NCBI GenBank assembly: GCA_030429345.1
Contig: JAUIFJ010000012.1
Span: 19,898 to 83,897 of the forward strand
From: a bacterium
GTDB taxonomy: Bacteria; CAIWAD01
DNA: 64,000 bases
Direction of reading: 5' to 3'
Part shown: piece after piece, positions 9,384 to 18,200 of the stretch
How the letters are laid out: each line of letters opens with the position of its first letter
Position numbering within the stretch: position 1 is the first letter of the stretch
Notes under the pieces: model-generated
Told to the model about the DNA's origin: nothing
The model's database searches: none
What the model saw: only the letters and a program-made list of their open reading frames with translations
Program-made: the position numbers and the translations under genes

Positions 9384-9622
9384 AGCGCCTCCTGATTTGT
9401 TAATAATTTCACATGAAGCAAGTCCTTCGCCTTGCGTCAGATCAAGCGGGGACGCTTTTTCAGGAGGCATTTTCGGGCACCGCCAAAGGGTCGCCAGAAA
9501 CCGCGGGACGCGAAAGGAAAAAGGGTTCTCCTTCTTTCATCGCCCCGTCACTTGACGAAAGGCAAGAACACGATCCGCGGGCGCTCTAACTTGGGTGCAC
9601 CTTAGCAAGCATGGGAGGAAGC

Positions 9623-10147
9623 ATGGCCGTCAAGGAACTCCACTTCAATTCGGTGGAAGAGATTTTCAAGTACGCCATCACGGTGGAAAACCGCGGATTC
9701 GAGTTCTATCGCAATGCCGCCGAGCGCACGAGCAATGATACCGCGCGCCAGTTCTTCGAGGAGTTTGCCGAGGAAGAGCGCGAGCACAAGCGCGTGCTGG
9801 CCGAACTCTACAAGACCTGGAAGGCCGAAGGGAAGTGGAAGGATGACGTCCTGCGCGAGGAACACAAGCACGGCATGGACATCCACGACCCGATCATCGG
9901 CCAGGCCATCCGCAAGGGACTGGCCAGCGACAGCTACGACACGACCGCCGTGGACATTGCCATCGTGCTGGAGAAAGAGGCCAGCGCCTTCTACAGCACG
10001 GCTGCCGACCGCGTCGAGGACCCGGAACTGCAGCGCATCCTGCGCTGGCTCGCCGAGTGGGAAGACGACCACCTGCGCTACATGGTGGAACTGAACGAGA
10101 GCCTGCGCGAGACCTATTGGAACGACAACAACTTCTGGCCCTTCTAA
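9623..10147 (+). CDS. rubrerythrin/ferritin-like diiron domain protein
   Basis: Paired EExxH-type motifs (EFAEEEREH, WEDDH) sit in a four-helix-like sequence. A GGAGG RBS precedes the ATG. It is divergent from hydG. Confidence 0.55.
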   Translation: MAVKELHFNSVEEIFKYAITVENRGFEFYRNAAERTSNDTARQFFEEFAEEEREHKRVLAELYKTWKAEGKWKDDVLREEHKHGMDIHDPIIGQAIRKGLASDSYDTTAVDIAIVLEKEASAFYSTAADRVEDPELQRILRWLAEWEDDHLRYMVELNESLRETYWNDNNFWPF

Positions 10148-10290
10148 GGGGCGAATCCGCATCTGTGTTTTCCGCGGCCGGCCTTGCCGGCCGCGTCTGC
10201 TCCATCCACTTCTGATCCCTCAACGGTTGATTGCCATTTCAGACAAGCTTTGATTCCTTTGCCCAGTCGCCCAACAAGCCGGAGACCCAG

Positions 10291-11985
10291 ATGAAACCTT
10301 TGCTGCTCGCGCTGCTACTCGCGCAGGCCGGACACCTCCATGCCGAACACGCCATCGGTTCGACCCCGGCGGATTTCAGTGGAACACCGACCCGTCCCCA
10401 GGAATTCGGAAACAACTGGTCGCTGTCGGACCACCAGGGAAAGGTGGTGCTGGTCAATTTCGGCGCCATCTGGTGACCGGGCTGCAATTCGGAGTTTCCG
10501 CATTTACAGAACGACTTTGAAAGCGCCTACCCGGAAGAATTCTTCGAGCTGGTCCACGTGGATGTGGACAATCGCCCGGCCTCCGGCCTGAACAACCACT
10601 GGGCCCATGACAATCCCACCTTTCCCGTGCTGACCGGCGCCGCGGGCATTTTCGGCGCCTGGGGCACGGGCTACATTCCCCATACGACCATCCTGGACCC
10701 CCAGGGCGTGGTTCGCGGCAACTGGGTCGGCTGGAGCAGTTCCGCCGGCAACGCCATGCACTCGGTGATCCAGGCCTGGCTGCCCGCACCCGCGGAGCCG
10801 GAAGTCGCGGCGCTGCATTTTTCCGGCGACGCCAACAATGATGCCCACCCGGATCCCGGCGAGCTCTTGCAGCTGGAACTCGTGCTGGCCAATCCGGCCG
10901 GCCTGCAAGGCGCCCAGAACCTGAGCTGCAACCTTGAAACCGCCGGCCCCTGGCTGACGGTGACCCAGGCCCAGACCTTCGCGGACCAGCTGCCCGGCGG
11001 CGGCCAGACAGCCTGCGCACCGCTGCTGGTACTGCAGGTCGATCCGGCGTCTCCGCGTCACACGGCCCAGCTGCAGTTCAGCTGGAGCGCGACCGGAGCG
11101 CAGGGCGAAGCCCTTTCCGGAAGCTTCAGCGCGCCGCTGGACGTCGCGCGGCACCCGCTGCTCGTCGTCGATCGTGATCCAGCCTACGACGAGGCCGGTC
11201 CCGTGATCGCCGCCCTGGACCAGCTCGGCCTTGCCTACGACCTGTGGACCGGCGGCTGCGCGGACCAGCCGAGTGATTCGCTCAAGTCCTGGAACACGGT
11301 GCTCTGGCTGGGCGGCCGACAGTTCCCCGCCCTGGACGAGGCCGACCTCTTCCAGGCTCGACTTCATGTCTCACAAGGTCGTCGGTTCTTCCTGTCCGCA
11401 CAGCATCTGCCGTCCGCGGCAGCCGACCTGGCGGAGATCTTCGCCATCCAGGAGGGCGCATTCGCCCCGGGACCGATCCTGAGCGGCGTGCCCGGATCGC
11501 CCTTCGAGAACGGCTTCTGCCAGCTCAACACACCCGGCGGCGCGCAGAACAGCATTCATCCCAACGAGCTGCTCCTGCTGGAAGGGGCCGAATCGCTCTT
11601 CGACTGGGCCCCCGGACCGGGAGCCGCGCTTGCCGGAAGACGAGACGCGACGGGACGGGCGCTCTGCGCGGCTTTTCCCCTGGAGGCTGTCGGCACGCAG
11701 ATCGAAGGCTGGGTCACCATTCCGGAGCTGCTTTCGGAATGCCTTGCCTGGCTGGACCAGCCTCAGGAACTGCCTGCGCCGCATCTTGAGATCCAGCGCC
11801 TTGCGGACGGGAGCCTGCGCCTGCAATGGAACAGCATCCCTGGCGCAGCGGGCTATCATGTCTGGACCGGGACGCATCCTTTCCAGGTCGGCTCCTTGCT
11901 CGACACGACGCCGGATACCACGTATACACTCCCCGCGCCTTCTGCCGGCATGGCGGGCTACCGCGTGGAGGCCAGCATCGACTAG
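10291..11985 (+). CDS. TlpA/ResA-like thiol:disulfide oxidoreductase, predicted selenoprotein (W-U-P-G-C; in-frame TGA at 10474-10476), fused to a large unknown domain and a C-terminal FN3-like module
   Basis: The ORFs 10231..10476 and 10558..11985 are in the same frame with no other stop between them. The TGA falls exactly at the first Cys of the thioredoxin motif (VVLVNFGAIW-[TGA]-PGCNSEFPHL). A signal peptide MKPLLLALLLAQAGHLHA and a GGAGA RBS are present. Confidence 0.7.
10486..10504 (+). promoter_or_regulatory. SECIS-like hairpin downstream of the UGA (AAUUCGG-AGUUU-CCGCAUU, loop at +17..+21)
   Basis: The stem-loop was folded by eye. It has the same geometry and loop sequence as the hairpins after the other two in-frame TGAs. 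Confidence 0.4.
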
Positions 11986-12015
11986 CCTGGGTCGCAATTC
12001 ACTTCTGCACCCTTC

Positions 12016-12050
12016 GAAAACCCTTTGCAGCCGCGAAGGGTTTTCTTTCC
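12016..12050 (+). terminator. rho-independent terminator after the first TlpA-like selenoprotein gene
   Basis: The hairpin GAAAACCCTT-tgcagccgcg-AAGGGTTTT is followed by a CTTTCCTTTCC run. Confidence 0.5.
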
Positions 12051-12191
12051 TTTCCCTTCGCCAACCCCTGGCCGGATTCAGCGGCGCCGCCCTCCCCTGT
12101 GCCTGCTGAACCTATCGTGGGCATCGTCCTGCGTGTCCCGACATTCCATGCACACGACGCAAACCCTTGTACACAGCTCAGAGGTTACTTG

Positions 12192-12905
12192 ATGAAAAGC
12201 CTGATTCCGGCCCTGCTGCTGGTTCCCCTGCTGGCAGCCCGGGCCGAGTACCCCGCGGGATCGACCCCGCCCGATTTCACTGGAACGACAACCCAACCAG
12301 GCCTCTACGGCCCGGAGTGGACCCTCTCCGATCAGGCCGGCAAGATCGTGCTGCTGCATTGGGGCGCCTGGTGGTGACCGCCCTGCAATGCGGAGTTTCC
12401 GCAGCTGCAGAACCAGATCCGCGAGTTCTATCCGGAGGACGTGCTGGCCATCGCTCATGTGGAGATCACGACCCAGAGCGCCTCTTTCCTCAATAACCAC
12501 TGGGGGCAGTACGATCCGACCTTTCCGCTGTTGACCGGCCTGGACAATCTCTGGCCGGCCTGGACCGTCAACGGGCTGCGTCCGCTGGTGACGATCCTGG
12601 ATCCGCAGGGCGTGGTCGTCGGCAACTGGACCTCCTACACGGAGAGCCACATTGACGACTTCCGCACTGCCATCGACTCGCTGCTTCCCCTGGAGGCACC
12701 GGTACTGTCCATCGAGCGCATGGCCAATGGCATGCTGCGGCTGCACTGGACGGAAGTGGAAGGAGCCGGCAGCTATCGTCTGCTGCAGGCAGCCACTCCC
12801 TGGCAGGAAGGCATCGAGCTGATCCAGACTCCCCTGTTCGAACATGTGCTTGCCGCGCCCGCGCCCGGCCGCGGCTGGTTCCAGGTGGAAGCCCTGGCCC
12901 CCTGA
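12192..12905 (+). CDS. TlpA/ResA-like thiol:disulfide oxidoreductase paralog, predicted selenoprotein (W-U-P-P-C; in-frame TGA at 12375-12377) with a C-terminal FN3-like module
   Basis: The ORFs 11826..12377 and 12441..12905 are in the same frame and are joined across HWGAWW-[TGA]-PPCNAEFPQL. The start at MKSLIPALLL has a signal peptide and a GAGG RBS. Sec is at residue 62, as in the upstream paralog. Confidence 0.7.
12383..12410 (+). promoter_or_regulatory. SECIS-like hairpin (CUGCA-A-UGCGG-AGUUU-CCGCA-GC-UGCAG, loop at +17..+21 after UGA)
   Basis: The stem-loop was folded by eye and has about 10 bp of stem. Confidence 0.45.
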
Positions 12906-12928
12906 GTCAACACGCATCCAGGCATTCT

Positions 12929-12961
12929 GCCCTGCCCTCCACCTGGAGGGCAGGGCTTTTT
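12929..12961 (+). terminator. rho-independent terminator
   Basis: The hairpin GCCCTGCCCTCC-acct-GGAGGGCAGGGC is followed by TTTTT. Confidence 0.6.
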
Positions 12962-13000
12962 CAATCCGTGAACAAATTCGACTGAATTCTGTAATCACTC

Positions 13001-13029
13001 TTGACGACAACACTTTCAGCTGTTATCAT
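13001..13029 (+). promoter_or_regulatory. sigma70-like promoter for the TrmB-family gene (TTGACG-17 nt-TATCAT)
   Basis: The -35 and -10 hexamers match consensus and the spacer is 17 nt. The site lies about 25 nt upstream of the GAGGAG RBS. Confidence 0.45.
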
Positions 13030-13055
13030 ATCGCCTGACGACAACCGAGGAGAAG

Positions 13056-13955
13056 ATGTCAGACAAAGACATTACAGATGCCCTGATCGCCCTGGGCGCT
13101 CGCGAACAGGAAGCCCGCTTCTACCTGGAACTGGTGCGCCGTCCGGAATTGACCGCCGGCGACCTGCACCGCATCACCGGCGTCAATCGTCAGCGTACCT
13201 ACGCCCTGCTCAATGAAATGGTCGCCCGCGGTTTCTGTCGCGAGCGGACGGGCGAAAAGCATCGCTACTACCGCGCCCATCCTCCGCAGCAGCTGCTGGA
13301 GCGTCTGGAGCGCGAACTCGCTCAGCAGAAGGACCGAGCGCGCCGCACCTATGGCCTGCTCGAGGAGATCTACGCCGACAACCGGGACCCGGAAAGCGGC
13401 GGCGAGCTGGTGCAGGAAATCCGCGATCCGGAGCAGATCAATGCCGCCTTCCTGCGGCTGAATCGCGAAGCCCGGGAAGAGATCCTCAGCTTCAATCGCA
13501 GCCCCTACTCCAGCAATGATCCCGGCTTTCACGAAGAGCAGCTGCGCGTCGGCGAGGAATGCCTGGCCCGCGGCGTGCGCTTCCGCACCCTGAACATGAT
13601 GGAACCCGACCAGCTTCCCTGGCTCTATCCGGCGATCAAGCAGATCGACGAACGGGGGGATCGCGACATCCGCGTTTGCGAATACCTGCCGCTGAAGCTC
13701 TTTCTCTTCGACCGCCAGACCGTGATGCTGGCCCTGCCCGTCGCCTCCAGCGATTCGGGCATGCAATGCCTGATCCTTTCGGAACCGGGAGTGGCCAAGG
13801 CCTTCCTGATGCTCTTCGAAATGGAATGGGCCCGGGCAATGAGCCTGGAGGAATGGGACCGACAGTTCGCCTACCAGCCCCCCGGCGAAAACGGCAAGGA
13901 AAAGAAAGCCACCGCCATCAACCTGGCAAGGCAGGAAGAGGGCGGCGGCTCCTAG
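13056..13955 (+). CDS. TrmB family transcriptional regulator
   Basis: The N-terminal wHTH matches TrmB (ALGAREQEARFYLELVRRPELTAGDLHRITGVNRQRTYALLNEMVARGF). The long C-terminal effector domain is consistent with the family. Confidence 0.7.
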   Translation: MSDKDITDALIALGAREQEARFYLELVRRPELTAGDLHRITGVNRQRTYALLNEMVARGFCRERTGEKHRYYRAHPPQQLLERLERELAQQKDRARRTYGLLEEIYADNRDPESGGELVQEIRDPEQINAAFLRLNREAREEILSFNRSPYSSNDPGFHEEQLRVGEECLARGVRFRTLNMMEPDQLPWLYPAIKQIDERGDRDIRVCEYLPLKLFLFDRQTVMLALPVASSDSGMQCLILSEPGVAKAFLMLFEMEWARAMSLEEWDRQFAYQPPGENGKEKKATAINLARQEEGGGS

Positions 13956-14055
13956 AAATTCGGAAGGGACGGTTCCGATGTTGCGGGACAGGGATCCGGC
14001 CCGAAAAGCAGAAGCTCCCTGCTGAAGGGAGAGCACAGGGAGCTTCCTCGCATTC

Positions 14056-14098
14056 CCCCCCGATGGCAATCGCGATCGGGGGGTTCCGCTTTTTTCGT
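14056..14098 (+). terminator. putative rho-independent terminator (CCCCCGAT-loop-ATCGGGGGG + TTCCGCTTTTTT)
   Basis: The stem-loop followed by a T-run was seen by eye. Confidence 0.35.
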
Positions 14099-14419
14099 GC
14101 CTGATTATAGCAAGGTTCCGCGTGTGAAGCAGGGCGAAAAGACCCAGGCAGGAAACGCCGGCGAGGCAGCAGGTCTTGGCATGTCTTCCGGCGCCGTTGC
14201 CCTGGTGTCGTATACATCCGGCCTGGCAATTTCGAGGGCGATGTGCCCGGCCATCCGCCCGATCGTAGAACGGGCGTATCACCGGCTGTGAAGGGGTCGA
14301 ATACCGTGTGACACCGAAGGTGGAATGGTGGGAGGCGCAGGGGTCGATCGCGATCGACCCTTGCGAGGTGGCGATAAAGGCCGGAAGAGCCGCGTCGCCT
14401 TCGCGACGATGCTTGAAAC

Positions 14420-14450
14420 GGAAAACCCGTCGCGTTCGCGACGGGTTTTC
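14420..14450 (-). terminator. bidirectional rho-independent terminator at the end of the tRNA operon
   Basis: The hairpin AAAACCCGTCGCG-TT-CGCGACGGGTTTT has T-runs on both strands. Confidence 0.55.
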
Positions 14451-14453
14451 CAG

Positions 14454-14525
14454 TGACCCCTAGGGGAATCGAACCCCTGTTGCAAGAATGAAAATCTTGA
14501 GTCCTAACCACTAGACGAAGGGGCC
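14454..14525 (-). tRNA. tRNA-Glu (anticodon TTC)
   Basis: A manual cloverleaf fold on the reverse-complement strand. The acceptor stem is GGCCCCT/AGGGGTC, the anticodon stem is CAAGA/TCTTG with loop TTTTCAT, and the T-arm is GGGGTTCGATTCCCC. Confidence 0.8.
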
Positions 14526-14540
14526 GGGAATACGATCAAG

Positions 14541-14615
14541 GGTGGAAGAAGGGACTTGAACCCTCGACCTCCTGGGCCACAACCAGGCGCTCTAACCAGC
14601 TGAGCTACATCCACC
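14541..14615 (-). tRNA. tRNA-His (anticodon GTG, with an encoded G-1)
   Basis: A manual fold. The anticodon stem is CCTGG/CCAGG with loop TTGTGGC. The D-arm is GCTCAGCTGGTTAGAGC and the T-loop is TTCAAGT. Confidence 0.75.
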
Positions 14616-14629
14616 ATCTGTGAGAACAA

Positions 14630-14703
14630 CGCGCCCGGAAGGACTCGAACCTTCAACCTACGGCTTAGAAGGCCGTTGCTCTATCCGGTTGAGCTACGGG
14701 CGC
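14630..14703 (-). tRNA. tRNA-Arg (anticodon TCT)
   Basis: A manual fold. The acceptor stem GCGCCCG/CGGGCGC pairs perfectly. The anticodon stem is ACGGC/GCCGT with loop CTTCTAA. Confidence 0.8.
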
Positions 14704-14737
14704 CGCACAGGGACTCGGGTAGCTTTCGTGCCCGGAA

Positions 14738-14811
14738 TCGGGGCGATAGGATTTGAACCTACGACCTCCTGCTCCCAAAGCAGGCGCGCTACCGGGCTGC
14801 GCAACGCCCCG
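14738..14811 (-). tRNA. tRNA-Pro (anticodon TGG)
   Basis: A manual fold. The acceptor stem is CGGGGCG/CGCCCCG. The anticodon stem is CCTGC/GCAGG with loop TTTGGGA. The T-arm is GGTTCAAATCC. Confidence 0.8.
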
Positions 14812-14964
14812 TTGCTTGCAAAAGAATCCCGAATGTAGGCAGTTTTCCCCTTCCTGCCAATAAGGGAAGGCATTTTTCTTTCGTGGTCACCGACGCAAAA
14901 AATGCAGGCACACTGCAGGCCGCAATCCCCAGGAAAGCTCGTGTGATGCGTGAAGAAGAGTGGA

Positions 14965-14998
14965 GAAAAAATGGCGCACATTGGTGTGCGCCATTTTC
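14965..14998 (-). terminator. rho-independent terminator downstream of hup
   Basis: The hairpin ATGGCGCACA-ttgg-TGTGCGCCAT has a TTTTTT run on the coding strand of hup. Confidence 0.6.
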
Positions 14999-15019
14999 AG
15001 TTCTGGATAAAGCCGGAGG

Positions 15020-15304
15020 CTACACGCCGTCCTTGTAGGCCTTGCCGGGACGGAACTTCACGGTCTTGCTGGCCTTGATCTTGATCTTCTCGCCCGTGCG
15101 GGGATTGAAGCCATTGCGGGACTTCCGCTTCTGAATGTCGAAGCTGCCGAAGCCCACCAGGCGGACACCGTTCTTGGTGTTCTTCTTGATGCCTTCCAGC
15201 ACGGCTTCCACCGCGTTCTTGGCATCGGTCTTCGTCAGGTCCGTCTTCTTCGCGACGAACTCGATCAGATCACCCTTGTTGAACGGTCCTTTAGCGGCTG
15301 CCAT
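15020..15304 (-). CDS. hup: HU family DNA-binding protein
   Basis: A 94-aa protein with the HU signature GFGSF...RNGFNPRTGEKIKI. Confidence 0.85.
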   Translation of the reverse strand: MAAAKGPFNKGDLIEFVAKKTDLTKTDAKNAVEAVLEGIKKNTKNGVRLVGFGSFDIQKRKSRNGFNPRTGEKIKIKASKTVKFRPGKAYKDGV

Positions 15305-15481
15305 CTTGATCCTCCGGAAGTGGGGTGTTGGTTGACGACCCGCGCCCTTGCGTGTCGTACACCAAATATAGACGCTGCGAAGCCCCTATTGCAAGGGAAA
15401 AACCAACTTTTTTGCAGCGTCTCACGACGGGAAGCGGCTAGGGAAGCGATCCCCCAGCGTGTGTCAGCCCGGAATCCGCTG

Positions 15482-15736
15482 CTAGAGCGAAGCTTCACCT
15501 TCAGAGAGCATCTGGCGTCGGTCGATTCCGCTGCGGCGATCCCGGATTCCCTGCCGACGATCCGCGCCGGAGCGGACACGCTCCAGGCTTTCGCGGTCGA
15601 CCAGGTCCCACTTCCCTTCCTTGAGCACGCCCACCTTGCCGACGAAATTTCCGTTGCCGGAAACGATTTCGCCGCTGACAAGGCGGAAGCGCTTGTCCAG
15701 GGATTCGCAGTCCTTGACCACTTTGTAGGAATACAT
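15482..15736 (-). CDS. hypothetical small protein (84 aa, Arg/Asp-rich C-terminus)
   Basis: A strong GGAGG RBS sits 5 nt before the ATG. No family was recognised. Confidence 0.4.
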   Translation of the reverse strand: MYSYKVVKDCESLDKRFRLVSGEIVSGNGNFVGKVGVLKEGKWDLVDRESLERVRSGADRRQGIRDRRSGIDRRQMLSEGEASL

Positions 15737-15865
15737 AGATCCTCCATGATTCGAACCGGCGCCAGGCCGGGGGGGGGTGTTCAGGTACCGAATGGATGCC
15801 GGCTGAAAGGCATTCCACTAATAAGCGTCGACTTTCCGAGCAATTCAAGCACAAACAGTCGCTTG

Positions 15866-16540
15866 CTAATTCTGTATGAGATACAGGATGTACCCTGTTT
15901 CCCGGCGAAAGCCCAGCTCGTCCTGAAAGCGGGACTTGTCTGCCTGCCGCAGCAGCCGCACGGACTCTGCCCCCTGGCAGGCGTGCCGGAAAAGGATCTT
16001 CCCCAGTCCACGGCCGCGAGCATCCGGGCACATTGTCCAGGCTTCCAGCTGCAGGGTCTGCTCCTTTTCAAAGGCCTGCAGAATGACCCCAAGCAGCTCA
16101 CCACCGGATTCCAGTCCGAGCCAGCTGCCGCATGCCTCCAGAAGCCGGGATTCCGCCTCGCTGAAAAAGCCGCCCGCAGCAATCCGGGAGGAGTTCTCCA
16201 AGGGGCGGACGACAAGACTATCGTCCTGCGACAAATTCGACTTAAGGATAGAACGGGAAAAATCCGCACGAAAGCAATGCCAGGTTTCAAAGCTGTTGCA
16301 AAGCGGAAGGGGAAGGAAGCCGGGATCCAGCTCCTCCGCCAGCAGCAGCTGTCGGATCTCCGAAAGATTCCAGCCCTGCACCACGGGCGCGAGACATGCC
16401 GTATTCCGCCACCAGGCGTGCAGTTGGGCTCCCCAGCGGAACCAGCCCCAGTCGGGCCGTCCGTCGGCGCAACTCCACGACTTTCCCGGGCGCCGTCCGC
16501 GGGCCCAGTCGAGCTTGTGCGCCAGGAGCCGGTCCTTCAA
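15866..16540 (-). CDS. GNAT family N-acetyltransferase with an N-terminal extension
   Basis: The C-terminal GNAT core reads LGVILQAFEKEQTLQLEAWTMCPDARGRGLGKILF. The start ATG overlaps the mazG stop (ATGA). Confidence 0.55.
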   Translation of the reverse strand: MKDRLLAHKLDWARGRRPGKSWSCADGRPDWGWFRWGAQLHAWWRNTACLAPVVQGWNLSEIRQLLLAEELDPGFLPLPLCNSFETWHCFRADFSRSILKSNLSQDDSLVVRPLENSSRIAAGGFFSEAESRLLEACGSWLGLESGGELLGVILQAFEKEQTLQLEAWTMCPDARGRGLGKILFRHACQGAESVRLLRQADKSRFQDELGFRRETGYILYLIQN

Positions 16541-17406
16541 GTCCTTTCCTGGCGCTTGGCCTCGTCCCAGTAGCGATCCATCTCCTGCAGGCTGGCATCG
16601 GAGAGTTCGCGCCCTTCTTCGGCCAGGCGGCGCTCCACATGCTGAAAGCGGCGCTGGAACTTGTCGTTGACCTGGCGCAGTGCGTCTTCCGGGTGGATCT
16701 TCAGGTACCGCGCCACATTCACCAGGCTGAAGAGCACGTCCCCGTATTCCATTGCCGAGGCTTCGCGGTCCCGGCGGTTCAATGCATCACGCAGTTCGCC
16801 GACTTCTTCCTCCAGCTTCTGGATGGCGCCGTCGATTTCTTCCCACTCGAAGCCGACGCCGGCCACTTTCTCCTGCATGCGCTGGGCACGCAGCAGGGAG
16901 GGCAGCTGGGCCGGCACCCCGTCGAGCACGCTTTTCCGCTCGCCGTCATGGTTCTTTTCGCGGGCCTTGATCTGCTCCCAGTTTCGCAGCACCTCTTCTT
17001 CGCCCTCCACCTCCAGGCCGGCGAAGACATGCGGGTGGCGGCGGATCAGCTTGTTCGAGATCTGCTCCATGGGCTCGGCGGCTTCCCAGTCGCCGTCCTC
17101 TTCGCTGATCTCTGCCTGGAAGAGCACATGCAGCAACAGGTCGCCCAGCTCTTCGCGCAGCTCTTCGGGGCGACCGCTGTCTATGGCGGCCAGCACCTCG
17201 TAGCATTCTTCCAGCATGTAGGGCTTCAGGCTCTCGTGGGTCTGTTTGCGGTCCCAGGGACAGCCGCCCGGCTTGCGCAGGATCTTCAGAATGCTGAGCA
17301 GACGGGCGAAAGCGCGTCCGGCGTTTTCCACCTGGCGCTTCTCGCTGTCGTTCAGCCGCTCTTCTAGTTCCTGCAGGCTCGGCAGGCGGCCTCCTTCCCC
17401 ACTCAT
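16537..17406 (-). CDS. mazG: nucleoside triphosphate pyrophosphohydrolase MazG
   Basis: Tandem MazG domains are visible (KLIRRHPHVF, EELGDLLLHVLF, EYGDVLFSLVNVARYL). Confidence 0.85.
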   Translation of the reverse strand: MSGEGGRLPSLQELEERLNDSEKRQVENAGRAFARLLSILKILRKPGGCPWDRKQTHESLKPYMLEECYEVLAAIDSGRPEELREELGDLLLHVLFQAEISEEDGDWEAAEPMEQISNKLIRRHPHVFAGLEVEGEEEVLRNWEQIKAREKNHDGERKSVLDGVPAQLPSLLRAQRMQEKVAGVGFEWEEIDGAIQKLEEEVGELRDALNRRDREASAMEYGDVLFSLVNVARYLKIHPEDALRQVNDKFQRRFQHVERRLAEEGRELSDASLQEMDRYWDEAKRQERT

Positions 17407-18200
17407 GCCTTCGTCCCTTTCTCCGGCCTTGCCAGCCAGTGGTAGATGATGATTCCCGCCGCGACGCTGACATTGAGGCTGTCCACGCGCCCTCGCAGCG
17501 GAATCGCCAGGAATCCGTCCAGCCGTTCCTGGACCCTTTTCGCCAGCCCGCGCCCCTCGCTGCCCAGCACCAGGCAGACCGGCCGCCGCGCTTCCTGTTC
17601 ACTGAACACCTGCCCCAGCTGCGCGTCCAGGCCCAGGCGCTGAATGCCTTTCTTCCCCAGCTGATCCAGGATCCAGGGGCTGTCCGGCACTCGGACCACG
17701 GTCTGCCAGGCCATCGCTCCGGCGCTGCTGCGGTAGACGGCCGCTCCCAGCGGAGCCGACCCTTTCTCCGGCAGGAGCACCGCGTCGACCCCGGCGCCGT
17801 GGGCGCTGCGCAGGATCGCTCCCAGGTTGTGGGGATCCTGCACTCCGTCCAGCAACACGAGGCACAGGTCATCCAGGGCTTTGCCGCTGAGCAGGTGCTG
17901 TTCCAGGAAGCTCTCCCAGTCGGGCATTTCCGGAAGCTCCATGCGCAGGGCGACTCCGCGGTGATCTCCGCTGCCGACCCGGCGATGCATGCGGGATTCG
18001 TCCAGCACTTCGCAGGGCAGGCCGCGGGCTGCGGCCAGGGAACGGATCCGCTCCAGGCCCTTGCCGGAGCTGCCGCGACGCAACAGCAGTTCCCGTGCCG
18101 GGAGATTGGCCTTCAGCGCCTCGAGCACCGGCTGGCGGCCGCTGAGCCAGAAGCTGTCATCCTGTGGTTTCGAGGATTGCTGCGGGGGGTTGTGTTTCAT
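17403..18200 (-). CDS. rlmB: 23S rRNA (guanosine-2'-O)-methyltransferase RlmB, TrmH family
   Basis: SpoU/TrmH motifs are present (LDGVQDPHNLGAILRSA, LVLGSEGRGL, SLNVSVAAGIIIY). Confidence 0.8.
   Translation of the reverse strand: MKHNPPQQSSKPQDDSFWLSGRQPVLEALKANLPARELLLRRGSSGKGLERIRSLAAARGLPCEVLDESRMHRRVGSGDHRGVALRMELPEMPDWESFLEQHLLSGKALDDLCLVLLDGVQDPHNLGAILRSAHGAGVDAVLLPEKGSAPLGAAVYRSSAGAMAWQTVVRVPDSPWILDQLGKKGIQRLGLDAQLGQVFSEQEARRPVCLVLGSEGRGLAKRVQERLDGFLAIPLRGRVDSLNVSVAAGIIIYHWLARPEKGTKA

Noticed and set aside
10231-10476. 81-aa stand-alone small ORF ending in TGA, and likewise 11826..12377 and 36533..36823
   Set aside because: These are not separate genes. Each continues in-frame through the TGA into the next listed ORF, with the thioredoxin-fold active site split across the codon. 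They are interpreted as Sec read-through (see findings).
14100-14420. Palindromes sharing the 10-mer ATCGCGATCG (14059-14075 and 14341-14361), downstream of the tRNA operon
   Set aside because: There are only two occurrences and no consistent structure or coding potential. This may be chance in GC-rich DNA, and there is not enough support to call an ncRNA or operator.
14450-14830. Search for tRNA-Sec in the tRNA cluster
   Set aside because: The four tRNAs fold as Glu, His, Arg and Pro. None has a UCA anticodon or a long variable arm. The Sec machinery must lie outside the window.
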